A stretch of 64,000 nt of DNA. It comes from a bacterium (GTDB taxonomy: Bacteria > UBA8248). Location: positions 768,001-832,000 of the forward strand of contig CBDBBI010000010.1 in the NCBI GenBank assembly GCA_965202625.1. Reading direction: 5' to 3'. This document shows positions 32,896-43,757 of the stretch, piece after piece. Positions within the stretch are counted from its first letter, which is position 1. The number at the start of each line of letters is the position of its first letter. The position numbers and the translations under genes are program-made. The notes below the pieces were generated by a model. That model had not been told where the DNA came from and did not search any database. It saw only the letters and a program-made list of their open reading frames with translations.

Positions 32896-35800
32896 TTACT
32901 TAGAGCTCTTGACGCCGAACAAACTACGCAGTCCTTTTTTCAAAGTATCCTCAAGCGCTTTTCCCAATTTTTCCACTTGTTTTTTCCCGAGAGTATGCTC
33001 TTTTCGACCAGAGGTTGTTCCCTCACTCCCCAGCCCTGGCACTACTTTTTGCACCCCCTCAATTGCCGGACCAAGAATACCCGTCAATATATTCTTCGCA
33101 TCGCCCAATAAACGCTCGATCTGCTCAAACAAATTTGCAAACATGGGCTCTACAACGGCGTTTAACAAATGGAAGTCAGGATCATCCAGTCGCCCTTCTA
33201 CCTGGACATTGAGCGAAATCGTATCGTTCCGCTTCTCGAAAAGGCGCAACAATGAAGCCCGAACAGCCTTCTTAACGAGATCAGGCAGAGAGGCTCTCTC
33301 GTCCGGTCGTAAGCGTAATCCGACAATCTTAGCGCTTCCCTTCAATTTTAGGTGTTTATTTCTCAATGAATAGGTAGAGTGAAAATTCAATTTTCCCTTC
33401 GTTATCTCAGTGCCTCGTATCAATGAAGCACTTAAGGAATCTCCCCGCATATCTCGGGCATAAGGAGATATCTTCCGCAGATCAAAACGCGAGAGATTGA
33501 GAACCCCTTCTATATCTGGAGGCACGAAGCTCGGATTCAGAGTGGCCTTCGCAAAAACTGATGGCGACCCTTGAAGCGTTTTTATCTCTAGGTGTGCTTC
33601 GCGCAAGTTTGGTGCCATGCGCGTATCAAAGCTCGTCATCAAGATTCTCGAGTCAGGAATCTGCAAAACAATCGGAGGTTTGTTCTTCGCAAGCAGCTCT
33701 TCAAAATGAAACTTCATTTTTTCAATTTTAAATTTTTCGATTTTAATTACGGGCAACAGCGGCTCGCTCGTTTTACCCCTTATCCCTTGAGATTGTCTGG
33801 ATGCTCTCTTTGCTTGTGAACGTATCGGGGGAGTAGAAAGTTTTTTGGGGGGAGTCGCTTTTCGGCTTCCTCCCCTCCTCATCGGCAAGGAGCGTTCCTC
33901 ATTTAATGCTTGAAGCAAAGAATCGAAATTACTTTTTCTCTTTGTATCATATAAGTAACGCACCCTTAAGGTTTTCATCTGAATGTTCGATGCGCGTATC
34001 TCTCCCTGCATCAGGGGCGCTCGACGAAAAGATGCTCTCAAACCTTGTAGGATGACGTCAGGCTCCGCATGTGGCCTGCCCAAATCATTTACCTTTATTT
34101 CAGGGATTCGAATTTTTATCACATCATCACCCACCTGCCCCACAATACTGCCCGACACGTTAAAATTGGGATAATTAACGTAAACAAGGGACTTCAGATC
34201 GGCCGCCACTGACCATCTTGTCGAAATCGACTGCATGCGATCGCCGCTTCTTGAAATGGCGACCAAACCACTGGCGCTACCCTTCATCAAAAATTGTGAT
34301 AGGGGCGCTCCCAAAAAACCTCTGAGCCACGGAGTCGCACCTTCAAGGCTCGTTATCGTCCATTTGAACCGGCCTGAATCTACCCCGTTCGGGCTCCAAT
34401 GGATGGGTTCTGACATTTGAATGCGGCCGAACGGCAGAAAAAGGTTAAAGTATCGTAATCTTACAGATTGGTCTTGGAAACTATAAGAGCCAGCAGTCCG
34501 AACGCTGCTCTTCCTCATACGCAACGCGCTCCACTTCTGGGCCATCGGCGCAAAGAATTCTGCGCTCAAGTGATCGCTCGTGAATTCCAGGCTCCAGGCA
34601 ACTTTCTTCTCAGGAACATAGACAAATTCTACCTCCCCGGCGATTGCTCCCCTCAAGTTACGAAGAGAAGGAGGGAGACGCACGAGTTCCGCCAAAGGGG
34701 AAACCTGGATGGGAGCAAACGAAGCAGACGCTTTATAGGAAAAACCAAGCCCCTTTCTTCTACCCCTCGTGCCTGACAGTAAAATTTTGAGTTTCTCCCT
34801 TCCGCTTCCCAAATTAACGTCTACGTAAGCATCACGCGATCTTCCATTGGAAATGATTTTCACTCTCACGCCGACTTTCTTCCCCGTGAGGTCCGCATTC
34901 CAACGAACGACGCCATTCGGCATGAAAGAGACTTGCAACGCACCCTCAACTTGACCCGTAGGCTTTTTCAGATAGCTGGGAAAAGGGAACAAACTGGCGA
35001 GTGATGCAATTGGCAAAGAGTGAAAACGCGCATTCACATCTGCTTTCAAAAGCAAGGAGGTTTTTCTATTTCGCGCCACGGCAACGTCAAAATGTATTTT
35101 TGCGTCTTTGGGAACATCTTCAAGCGATACCGTTCCAATACGCTCTAGCAAATCCATCGCAGAGGAGAGGTCACGCACATCAACCGAGAAAACGATTTGT
35201 CCATCACCAGATACGTCCCATTGCGCAGGTTTTCTGAGTTCGGATCTCGCGAAGGGCAACTCGATCTCTAGGACGCTGATTTGTACGGATTCATTTTGTA
35301 TATCGAAGCTCCCTTTTGAGCGGATAGCGGACTCTTTTAACTGCACGCGCTCCCACCGTCGCCCCTTTTCCACCCTCAATCTGGCGCTCACAGCCCGAGC
35401 TTTCAAATCCACATCCCACTGCACCCGCCTGCCAAAAACAAAAACCGTATGCGCTCTTCCACTGATGGTTCCTTCTATTTTCGAGACATTATGAGTGAAA
35501 GGGACGAACTCGCCGGCCGGAGTCCACTCAACAGGAACAAACTGAGATGCCACTTCTATAGCAACCGCATTATCCAGGACCCGTCGATCCCTCTTCGCCG
35601 ATATCGCGAGCTTTGTCGTCGCGCCTTTTTTTAACACCTGAATGGGCATCCCAAAGATTCGAGAAACCCAGCCTCTGACTTCGCTGATATTGCTAATATG
35701 CGCCGCCATATGAACTTCATCTTTCGCCGAAACATTCCAAAATGAAGGCTTCGTCATTTTTACGCTGACGAAAGGGGTCTCAATAAGGAAAGATTCTATA

Positions 35801-36849
35801 TGAGCGGAGCTTGTGAGCGGATCGTACTGACCCTTCGTTTTTAACTTCAATTCAGGCAATACCAAGTTTTGCCATTTTGCTTGTCGATTCGTTTGAAAAT
35901 CTACGTGCACAGACCGTCCCTTCAAGTCGACATCCCAGACAATCGGGTTTCCAACAACATAGGCAAATTTCAGATAGCCCCCCAAAGTTCCTTTTCTTAA
36001 GCGATATACTTGGCTTTTCGGCGCCATTGAGGCCACGGAAGATAAATCAAACAGAGGCACTACGAGCGATGCGCGATAATTTTGTCTATCCGCATTGATG
36101 TGCGCATCACCTTGTAGTTGGATAAGTTGCAAGTCACCGGGTTTTTGACATTTCCCATCGAAAAAGATATCCAATGGCTTGCTTCGCTGTATTTTATCTA
36201 CCTCTATGTGCGTAAAAGAACATGAAATATCTAAGGCGGGCATGGCATCACCGGCGTCGAACCGAAATTCTCCTGTTACGTCGTGCAGATCGAGTTCGTG
36301 AATCGTAAAACTGAAACCTGTCCCGACGTTTTGAGTCCCGCTCTCGGTCGCTTCGGCGGACGCCTGAAAGGAAAAAGGAATTTTTATGTTGTTCGCCTGC
36401 GCCAGATTCGTCTTTTTCCCGGGTCGATTCAAACTCTTTATAATATCTTGAAAGTTGAATTTTCCATTCACATCCCGTTTTATCCGTGCGGAGACGCCTC
36501 TGATGGTCAGCTGAACGATACTGAGGTGTCGGTAAATGAGAGTCGATGGGTTAAGCGCCACCTCGACATCCCTGAACCGAACAAAGGGCTGGCTCTTTGT
36601 TCCGACTTTTTCTCTTTTTGCCTCTATGATAACGTCACTGGCCTTAATCTTGAACAATCCCAAATCGAGCCGAGCGATAGATACTCTTCTCCCTAGAATT
36701 TTCCGCCCTTCTCTCTCTGCAATCCTGATGACTTCGTCCGAGGAAATAAAAACTTTTACAGCGATGATTCCGACAATGATGAAAACAAAAGATATGCTGG
36801 TAATCCAAGCTATCCATTTCAAAAATCGATACATCAGTGACTCACACAA
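32896..36849 (-). CDS. AsmA-like/DUF748 large envelope protein
   Basis: 1317 aa; N-terminal TM anchor and AsmA-like segment (RDVNGKFNFQDI), beta-rich internal repeats, and a C-terminus with ISLNVQVEGRLDDPDF. Confidence 0.8.
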   Translation of the reverse strand: MCESLMYRFLKWIAWITSISFVFIIVGIIAVKVFISSDEVIRIAEREGRKILGRRVSIARLDLGLFKIKASDVIIEAKREKVGTKSQPFVRFRDVEVALNPSTLIYRHLSIVQLTIRGVSARIKRDVNGKFNFQDIIKSLNRPGKKTNLAQANNIKIPFSFQASAEATESGTQNVGTGFSFTIHELDLHDVTGEFRFDAGDAMPALDISCSFTHIEVDKIQRSKPLDIFFDGKCQKPGDLQLIQLQGDAHINADRQNYRASLVVPLFDLSSVASMAPKSQVYRLRKGTLGGYLKFAYVVGNPIVWDVDLKGRSVHVDFQTNRQAKWQNLVLPELKLKTKGQYDPLTSSAHIESFLIETPFVSVKMTKPSFWNVSAKDEVHMAAHISNISEVRGWVSRIFGMPIQVLKKGATTKLAISAKRDRRVLDNAVAIEVASQFVPVEWTPAGEFVPFTHNVSKIEGTISGRAHTVFVFGRRVQWDVDLKARAVSARLRVEKGRRWERVQLKESAIRSKGSFDIQNESVQISVLEIELPFARSELRKPAQWDVSGDGQIVFSVDVRDLSSAMDLLERIGTVSLEDVPKDAKIHFDVAVARNRKTSLLLKADVNARFHSLPIASLASLFPFPSYLKKPTGQVEGALQVSFMPNGVVRWNADLTGKKVGVRVKIISNGRSRDAYVDVNLGSGREKLKILLSGTRGRRKGLGFSYKASASFAPIQVSPLAELVRLPPSLRNLRGAIAGEVEFVYVPEKKVAWSLEFTSDHLSAEFFAPMAQKWSALRMRKSSVRTAGSYSFQDQSVRLRYFNLFLPFGRIQMSEPIHWSPNGVDSGRFKWTITSLEGATPWLRGFLGAPLSQFLMKGSASGLVAISRSGDRMQSISTRWSVAADLKSLVYVNYPNFNVSGSIVGQVGDDVIKIRIPEIKVNDLGRPHAEPDVILQGLRASFRRAPLMQGEIRASNIQMKTLRVRYLYDTKRKSNFDSLLQALNEERSLPMRRGGSRKATPPKKLSTPPIRSQAKRASRQSQGIRGKTSEPLLPVIKIEKFKIEKMKFHFEELLAKNKPPIVLQIPDSRILMTSFDTRMAPNLREAHLEIKTLQGSPSVFAKATLNPSFVPPDIEGVLNLSRFDLRKISPYARDMRGDSLSASLIRGTEITKGKLNFHSTYSLRNKHLKLKGSAKIVGLRLRPDERASLPDLVKKAVRASLLRLFEKRNDTISLNVQVEGRLDDPDFHLLNAVVEPMFANLFEQIERLLGDAKNILTGILGPAIEGVQKVVPGLGSEGTTSGRKEHTLGKKQVEKLGKALEDTLKKGLRSLFGVKSSK

Positions 36850-36948
36850 GAAAGACCCGCAAGCGGCTCATGAGATATAGCCATAAAATGGATTCCGATT
36901 TCGCGTGACGGCTTATTCTGATATATATTAGCAGAATACGAAGCGCTT

Positions 36949-38298
36949 TTGCTTTTTATAGTCGCAATGGAATCGTCCGTCATTCTCAAAAATTCTCAGA
37001 AAACTGCCCACATGAAGAAAAATCGCGTTGCCTCAAATGCAAGCATCAATAAATTGAAACCGATTCAAGGCCGTGAAATTTTCTCTTGGTGCATGTATGA
37101 CTTCGCAAACTCAGCCTTCACCACGCTAATCGTTACAATTGCATATAGCGTGTATTTCAGGACCATTGTGGCGGGCGGGACGAGAGAAGCAGATTTTCTC
37201 TGGGGATTGGCGCTCGCCCTCTCCATGATTTTAAGCGTTACTATCACCCCGCCTTTAAGTGCCATCGCAGACAGGAACGGAGGACGCAAACGCTTCTTGC
37301 TCCTTTGCGCGTATATTTGCGTAGGGGCTACTGCGCTTTTGGCAAGGGTGGGGCCCGGAATGATCATCGCCGGCATGTTGCTTTTCATCATTGCCAACGC
37401 CGCCTTCGAGAGCTCTCTCATCTTTTACAATTCTTTTTTGCCCGACATATCGAACCAAACGACCATTGGCAAAATCAGTGGGTGGGGCTGGGCGCTTGGC
37501 TACATAGGTGGTTTGCTTTGCCTGTTCATGGTCAAACCGTTCTTAGATGGAGGATTCTCAAAGGAGAACCTACCGTTATTTCGTATGAGCTTCGTTGCAG
37601 TCGCCGGATTTCACGGCCTATTTATGCTTCCGCTCATTTTCTGGCTGCGAGAAACCAAAATACAATCCATCAGCCGCAACTCCAAAAGCGCTTTCCTTAA
37701 TCTCCGGCAAACGTTGCGGGATATGCGAAAAACTCCGGGCGCGCTCAAATTCCTCATCGCTTTTTTTCTCTACAACGATGGCATTGTGACGGTCATCTCA
37801 TTCAGTTCCATCTATGCGGTTTCCACCCTAAAGTTCAGCATGAGCCAAACTCTAAGCCTGTTCCTCGCAGTTCAGGTATCCGCTGCAATCGGCGCGTTCA
37901 CAATGGGATACTTGGCGGACGCATGGAGCCCACGAAAAACCATTTTGCTGACCCTAATAAATTGGTGTGTAGTTGTCATTGTCGCTTATTTCACCAGCTC
38001 AAAATATATTTTCTGGGGCATCTCCTTACTAGCGGGACTCTCACTTGGCTCTAGCCAATCGGTAAGTAGAACCCTGATGGCCAGCTATATCCCGCAGAGG
38101 AAATCAGCGCAATCATATTCATTTTATGGCATCTGCGGAAAAATGAGCTCGGTTCTAGGGCCGTTAGTTTTTGGAGGTGTCTCAGCACTTACGGGAGAGC
38201 AAAGATTAGCGATACTTTCTATCCTCGCTTTTTTTCTCCTAGGCGGTGTCCTGCTTTGGCTGACGCCAGAAACCAAGAAGTTGAATGTATCCAGATAA
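36949..38298 (+). CDS. MFS transporter, UMF1/Atg22-like
   Basis: SWCMYDFANSAF, FYNSFLP, GWALGYIGG and FLYNDG motifs; the start may lie slightly downstream. Confidence 0.9.
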   Translation: MLFIVAMESSVILKNSQKTAHMKKNRVASNASINKLKPIQGREIFSWCMYDFANSAFTTLIVTIAYSVYFRTIVAGGTREADFLWGLALALSMILSVTITPPLSAIADRNGGRKRFLLLCAYICVGATALLARVGPGMIIAGMLLFIIANAAFESSLIFYNSFLPDISNQTTIGKISGWGWALGYIGGLLCLFMVKPFLDGGFSKENLPLFRMSFVAVAGFHGLFMLPLIFWLRETKIQSISRNSKSAFLNLRQTLRDMRKTPGALKFLIAFFLYNDGIVTVISFSSIYAVSTLKFSMSQTLSLFLAVQVSAAIGAFTMGYLADAWSPRKTILLTLINWCVVVIVAYFTSSKYIFWGISLLAGLSLGSSQSVSRTLMASYIPQRKSAQSYSFYGICGKMSSVLGPLVFGGVSALTGEQRLAILSILAFFLLGGVLLWLTPETKKLNVSR

Positions 38299-38381
38299 GG
38301 AACATAGTATGCTCGTCCTATTCAATCAAAAGCGCAACATGCTAAACATACCGTTTGGCGTGGTCGTTTCTCGGAGTTGCC

Positions 38382-38747
38382 TTGGATTTTCGTGAACAGA
38401 TTTACCAAAGACTCATGTTTCATTTTGAAGAAGCAGACGTCAGGCGAGAAACCGTAGAAGCCTTCATTTCAGATATCGTTCATATTCTCGATCGCCTCAC
38501 CCAAGACAGGTTGTACGAAGCAAGTTTGCGCCAAATTCTTCAACGCTATGCCGACGAATGGGCCGAGCAATCCTCCCGTAGGGTTTTAGACGCTCGACGC
38601 GATGAGGCCACAGAAATTATTTATGAAATGAGCGATCGCCAAGCGAGAAATCGCGCCGTTCGTGCGCTGCAAAAAGTCTTGCTGGACAGACTCAAAGACC
38701 AGAAAAAACCGTTAGACGATCTCGATTTTTTTGACGAAATTGATTAA
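38382..38747 (+). CDS. Hypothetical helical protein
   Basis: Open frame with GGAG before the TTG at 38382; acidic C-terminus; no family recognised. Confidence 0.6.
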   Translation: MDFREQIYQRLMFHFEEADVRRETVEAFISDIVHILDRLTQDRLYEASLRQILQRYADEWAEQSSRRVLDARRDEATEIIYEMSDRQARNRAVRALQKVLLDRLKDQKKPLDDLDFFDEID

Positions 38748-38772
38748 ACGATTCCGAACATGGGTGTCCACT

Positions 38773-39175
38773 ATGCCAGACAAAAAATTTAGCCGACGAA
38801 ATTGCCAAACGCAGAGAGCACAGATACCCGACTTATGAATTCATCGCCGAAAAATTTCCGACCGCATAGATACCCTTTTGCATCTTGATGAAATCATCCA
38901 GACGGAACAGAGAAGATTCGACAAACCAACGCACGAGTTGTTTTATATTCTGGCACTCGCAGTTGAAGGATCAAAACCGACACAACCAACCACATCTCAA
39001 ACAGCACTTCCAAAAGGGAATTAAACTGGGCTTGTCCCCCGAGGAAACCGCGGAAGCACCGATGGTCTGCGTGAACCCGGCCGGATCTAAAGTTCTCAAT
39101 TACGGAGTTACCTGTATGTTTGAAGCAATAAAGGAAACTAAGAGATGCGGGATGGACATACCCCGACTAAAATGA
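38773..39175 (+). pseudogene. CMD-family-like pseudogene
   Basis: Fragments in different frames: LADEIAKRREHRYPTYEFIAEKFP / DKPTHELFYILALAV / HLKQHFQKGIKLGLSPEETAEA. Confidence 0.55.
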
Positions 39176-39205
39176 AGGTTATTTTCTTCCACATCGCAAC
39201 GATAT

Positions 39206-39535
39206 TCACGCTTCCGCCCGAATCGCCTCCTCACGCAAAGGCGAATATATTCCGATATATGTAATAGGCGTCAGCGCATCCAGCCGATGCGGAACTCCTC
39301 TAGGTATATGAACCACCTGCCCCGCTTTTACTTTGCGTGTTTCGTCAGCAACGGTAAATGTAGCTTCGCCTTTTATAAGATATACGAGTTGCTCTACGTC
39401 GTGCGTATGGTCTTGCTCCGTTCCCCCCTCTCTTTCAATATACAACATCATGACATTTTCACCGACGACGATCCTCCGTTCTCTGCCCGGCATTTTTTGC
39501 GGTTCGATTTCTGCAAGATCATAAAAATACTGCAT
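39206..39535 (-). CDS. Cupin domain protein
   Basis: HTHDVEQLVYLIKG and IPRGVPH motifs; GAGGAGGAG RBS before the ATG at 39535. Confidence 0.9.
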   Translation of the reverse strand: MQYFYDLAEIEPQKMPGRERRIVVGENVMMLYIEREGGTEQDHTHDVEQLVYLIKGEATFTVADETRKVKAGQVVHIPRGVPHRLDALTPITYIGIYSPLREEAIRAEA

Positions 39536-39700
39536 TTGTCTTCTCCTCCTCATTTTCGCTTTGCGCTTGTTTCCGATTGTTGGCTTTCCACAAACCGATT
39601 GCAAGATCGTAGCAAGAGCCTCCTTGCAATCACGCATCATACATTCCTAGAATCAACCCTATTGACTGGAACCCGCCACGAGGCCAAAGGACAAACCCTC

Positions 39701-41113
39701 ATGAACGCTGACATCCGAGTTCGTTTTGCTCCATCAAACACAGGACACCTCCACATCGGCGGTGCGCGCACAGCGCTTTTTAATTGGTTTTTTGCGAGAC
39801 ATCACGAAGGTGCCACGATCTTGAGAGTTGAAGACACCGACCGGCAACGATCTAAAGAGGAGTATTACGACGCGATCCTCAAAGCGTTCGATTGGCTGGG
39901 GCTCGAGTGGGACGAAGGGCCATATCGTCAGTCCCATCGCATGGACATGTATCAAGAAGCGGCCCAGAAACTCCTGTCCTCTGGCGGCGTCTATCGATGC
40001 ACATGCACACCTGAGGAAGTAAACGCCATGCGCGACCGTGCTCGCGTTCAGGGGAAAACGCCGAAATATGACGGAACTTGCCGGGATCGTTACGACAAGG
40101 ACCCTCACGCTCCATTTTGTCTCCGTCTTAGAACTCCGGACACTGGCGAGACGACTGTTACCGACATACTTGCGGGAGATGTCGTATTCGAGAATTCGCA
40201 GATAGACGACATGGTTATCATGCGCACCGATGGCACGCCGACATACAATTTCTGTGTGGCTGTGGACGACATCAACATGGAGATCACGCACGTAATACGC
40301 GGCAACGACCATTTATCGAACACACCCAAACAAATCCTTGTCTATCAATCTCTGAATGAGGCGACGCCAAAATTTGCACACATCTCGATGATATTGGGTC
40401 CTGACAAAAAAAGACTATCCAAACGACACGGCGCAGACTCGGTATTGGAATATAAAAACCAGGGATTTCTTCCTGAAGCGTTGCTCAACTACCTGGTGCG
40501 GCTTGGATGGAGCCACGGAGACCAGGAGATATTCTCTAAAGAGGAGATCATCAAAAACTTTTCCTTGGAAAACTTGAACAGAGCCCCCGCGATCTTCAAT
40601 CCCCAGAAATTATTATGGGTGAATCAAGAATATATAAAATCAGCCGATAGTGATTTCCTGGTGGAATCGTTAGATACAGGACTTAAAGAGCGGGGTTTAT
40701 CCCCAAGTATCCTAAGGACTGAAACACGCAGGGGCATCGTCGACGAGCTCAGAACGCGCTCAGGAACCCTGGTCGACATGATAGAGGGAGCTCGTTTTTT
40801 CTTTGAAAACGAAATCGAGTTAGACGAGAAAGACGCGTCAAAGTTCCTGAAACCGGAAATCGCAACTTCGCTCATGAAACTGCGAGATAAATTAACCAAA
40901 CTCGACGCGTTTTCAGTCGAAAAAATAAAATCAGCCTTTCATCACATCCTAGAAGAAGAGGAATTAAAACTTGGCAAACTGGCCCAACCCGTGCGCGTCG
41001 CCATTACGGGTAGAACCATGAGTCCGGGTATTTTTGAAACGCTCAGCCTTCTCGGCAGAGATAGAACCATCCGCCGCCTCGACGCTGCATTGTCCAGAAT
41101 CACGAGTAAGTGA
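39701..41113 (+). CDS. gltX: Glutamate--tRNA ligase
   Basis: RFAPSNTGHLHIGGARTAL, LRVEDTD, THVIRGNDH and LSKRHG motifs. Confidence 0.97.
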   Translation: MNADIRVRFAPSNTGHLHIGGARTALFNWFFARHHEGATILRVEDTDRQRSKEEYYDAILKAFDWLGLEWDEGPYRQSHRMDMYQEAAQKLLSSGGVYRCTCTPEEVNAMRDRARVQGKTPKYDGTCRDRYDKDPHAPFCLRLRTPDTGETTVTDILAGDVVFENSQIDDMVIMRTDGTPTYNFCVAVDDINMEITHVIRGNDHLSNTPKQILVYQSLNEATPKFAHISMILGPDKKRLSKRHGADSVLEYKNQGFLPEALLNYLVRLGWSHGDQEIFSKEEIIKNFSLENLNRAPAIFNPQKLLWVNQEYIKSADSDFLVESLDTGLKERGLSPSILRTETRRGIVDELRTRSGTLVDMIEGARFFFENEIELDEKDASKFLKPEIATSLMKLRDKLTKLDAFSVEKIKSAFHHILEEEELKLGKLAQPVRVAITGRTMSPGIFETLSLLGRDRTIRRLDAALSRITSK

Positions 41114-41127
41114 TTTTGAACTCGTCC

Positions 41128-41156
41128 TTGACGAACCAAGGTCTCATACATATAAA
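41128..41156 (+). promoter_or_regulatory. Candidate sigma70 promoter of the tRNA gene
   Basis: TTGACG-N17-TATAAA. Confidence 0.5.
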
Positions 41157-41170
41157 CATCTAGGCTTTCT

Positions 41171-41244
41171 TGGGGGATCGTCTAGCGGCAGGACACCAGA
41201 CTCTGGATCTGGGTACGGAGGTTCGAATCCTCCTCCCCCAGCCA
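41171..41244 (+). tRNA. tRNA-Gln (CTG)
   Basis: tgggggatcg...ccaga-ctCTGga-tctgg...ggttcgaatcc...cccccagCCA cloverleaf with encoded CCA. Confidence 0.96.
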
Positions 41245-41579
41245 CTCCTTCCGGTGAATCTGTATTCGCCTCACCTCAATTTCCAAATCTTTGCCCATTC
41301 CCGATATATCCCTTAGGTTACGCTAAAAAGTTCTGTTCCACTTATACTTCGCTCGTATCACCCCACTCTTCAGGAAAACAACCCATCACCTCGTTTCATA
41401 AACCATTCTCCGACCCCCGCGCAGATTCCTAAACGAACCCGCTGTTTCTACCCATTTGATAAGTCAGTAGTTGCATCGGGAGAAAACATAGACTACATTT
41501 GACCCTGTGAGTCGCACGCACGAGAAGCGACGAATACATGGTGTATGAGATGAAAATATCTTTCCCGAGGAGAGTAACA

Positions 41580-42236
41580 ATGACGTTAAGAATGAATGAT
41601 GAGGCACCAGATTTCTCCGCTGACACAACGCAAGGACCCATCAATTTTCACGAGTGGATCGGTGATGGTTGGGCCATCGTTTTTTCGCACCCAAAGGATT
41701 TTACGCCGGTCTGCACTACAGAACTCGGAACAATGGCCGGACTCAGTCCAGAGTTCGAAAAAAGGAACTGCAAAGTACTCGGCATCAGCGTTGATGGCGT
41801 CTCCGATCATGAGAAATGGTCCAAAGATATCGCAAGCACCCAAGGCCACGCTGTAAATTATCCTTTGATTGGCGATCCTGAACTCAAGGTGGTCAAAGCC
41901 TACGACATGCTGCCAGCCGATGCGGGCGACACGTCAGAGGGGCGGACAGCTGCCCACAACGCAACAGCCCGTTCGGTTTTCGTGATTGGACCAGACAAGA
42001 GAATCAAGGCGACGCTTACTTATCCAATGAGCACTGGCCGAAATTTTAGTGAAATTCTCCGACTGTTAGATTCCTGCCAGTTGACGGCGAATGAGCAGGT
42101 AGCGACTCCGGCGAACTGGGAACAGGGCGGGGACGTGATCATCCTACCAGCCGTTTCGGATGAGGATGCGAAGAAAAAATACCCCGATGGTTGGGAGACG
42201 CCGCTTCCTTATATTCGAATTGTAAAACAACCATAA
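41580..42236 (+). CDS. 1-Cys peroxiredoxin (Prx6 subfamily)
   Basis: FSHPKDFTPVCTTE, YPMSTGRNF and ATPANW motifs. Confidence 0.95.
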   Translation: MTLRMNDEAPDFSADTTQGPINFHEWIGDGWAIVFSHPKDFTPVCTTELGTMAGLSPEFEKRNCKVLGISVDGVSDHEKWSKDIASTQGHAVNYPLIGDPELKVVKAYDMLPADAGDTSEGRTAAHNATARSVFVIGPDKRIKATLTYPMSTGRNFSEILRLLDSCQLTANEQVATPANWEQGGDVIILPAVSDEDAKKKYPDGWETPLPYIRIVKQP

Positions 42237-42325
42237 AAAATATGGATGTTGCGCCCGAGCATAGCGACAAGAAGTAGCGAAAATCAGGTAATGAGACCGA
42301 ATATCTCGCCTAGTACACTTTGCTC

Positions 42326-42377
42326 AAATACAAAAAGGCCGCTGCTAACAACACATAGCAGCGGCCTTTTTGTATTT
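42326..42377. terminator. Bidirectional rho-independent terminator
   Basis: aaatacaaaaaggccgctgcta-N8-tagcagcggcctttttgtattt between convergent genes. Confidence 0.85.
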
Positions 42378-42391
42378 CGGTGTCTTGGGAA

Positions 42392-43384
42392 TTAGTTTTT
42401 CCAGCCCTCGGCTGCGATGGCATTTCTCACCATGCTCAAGTCCATACCTTCTTTACGAAGATCAACCACACGTTTCGCCTTGCGCTTCTTCACGAGCACC
42501 TCACCCATGAAGTCAAACCACTTGTAATCCGTCTCGGTCGGGAGAAGACCAAAATCCAAGTCTCCAACGGACACTTCCACGATTTTCAGCTTGATCTTTG
42601 AGCCCTTCGACTGCAAGTGGTTTAGATAGACGCGCGCAAATTTATCGCGATTTTCCCTGTGCAATTTCATGCCACGAATATAGCCCCTCAAAAACTTCGT
42701 ATACACGTCTTTGTCTCTTTTAAGGGTTTTTCCGTTGGCCATCAAAATCCACAAGTTGTTCGCATATTTGCAATACGTTTCCACCGTGCGCGCCCATCCC
42801 CTCTCGACGGCAATGGCGGCTTGCGGGTTATTCAAGCCTACCATGTCTACCGTCCGGGATTTGAGGGCAGACATGCGGGTGTCGGTGTTCATGTTCACGG
42901 TCGTAAAATCTTTTTCACTCAAGCCATATTTTGGCAAGATGAAAGTAGTGAGGGTGAAATACGAACCCGTAGCCTTTCCAATTCCAAGCCTTTTGCCCTT
43001 CATGTCATGGAGGGTTTTGATAGACGAATCGGGAGACGTCAGAATTTTGTTCGACCTGCACCAGTAGTTGGCGTTTGCGATACCGGGCGCGTTTGCGCCT
43101 TTCGAGATGGCGGAGAGGAAAGCACGGTCAGCAGCACCGCCAACATCAAGCGAGTTCGCCAGAATTGCCTGCCTCATCAATTTGCCCTGAGGAAATTGCT
43201 TGATCGTATATTTCCCTTTTCCGATGGTTTGATCAAAATAACCCATTTTGTGGGCCACTACAGTAACAGAGCCCATAACAGCGCGATGGTGGCCGATGCG
43301 GAACGGGGCCGCACTCGCAGCAAATGAAGCCAACAAAATTCCTGCAGTAGCCATCACAACAACGAGACACATAATCTTTCTCAT
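42392..43384 (-). CDS. ABC transporter substrate-binding protein (SsuA/NMT1-like)
   Basis: Signal peptide MRKIMCLVVVMA...ASA; IKTLHDMKGKRLG; AGGAGG RBS. No permease or ATPase is adjacent. Confidence 0.85.
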   Translation of the reverse strand: MRKIMCLVVVMATAGILLASFAASAAPFRIGHHRAVMGSVTVVAHKMGYFDQTIGKGKYTIKQFPQGKLMRQAILANSLDVGGAADRAFLSAISKGANAPGIANANYWCRSNKILTSPDSSIKTLHDMKGKRLGIGKATGSYFTLTTFILPKYGLSEKDFTTVNMNTDTRMSALKSRTVDMVGLNNPQAAIAVERGWARTVETYCKYANNLWILMANGKTLKRDKDVYTKFLRGYIRGMKLHRENRDKFARVYLNHLQSKGSKIKLKIVEVSVGDLDFGLLPTETDYKWFDFMGEVLVKKRKAKRVVDLRKEGMDLSMVRNAIAAEGWKN

Positions 43385-43757
43385 TACACAATCCTCCTTT
43401 CTGCAAACTCGTGAGCCCGAAGGCATTCGTAAATAACAAAGCGGAGAATCCGCCATTGGGAAGCAAGCCTCAAAACTATAGATTCTGATTATTTGTCCAT
43501 GTTAGGCTATGATAGCATATATTTACATGCTTTTGCATTGCACTTCACTTCATTAACATTTGCCGATTATTCTTCGCCTGCGAAAACCACTATGAACGTC
43601 TCGTTTACCCGAAGCAATACCAAACCACGCCTTCTTTGCTCAGCCGTCTCTTCACCTCTTGCCAGCAAAAGGGATCGGCCAGGTCGACTTCCTATAAACT
43701 CAGATATTTTGGTTCTAGGTCATACGGAAACCAGCCAAGGATAGCAACAAAACATTT

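Noticed and set aside
32548-33111. 187-aa plus-strand ORF
   Set aside because: Overlaps the AsmA-like gene end in antisense; no recognisable features.
39287-39700. N-terminal extension of gltX in the ORF track
   Set aside because: It overlaps the opposite-strand cupin gene; homology starts at the ATG at 39701.
41171-41244. tRNA-Gln as an island attachment site
   Set aside because: I found no duplicate of its 3' end and no integrase in the window.
43385-43750. Riboswitch (e.g. TPP) upstream of the NMT1/SsuA-like binding protein
   Set aside because: No conserved aptamer motifs recognisable; an Infernal/Rfam scan would settle it.
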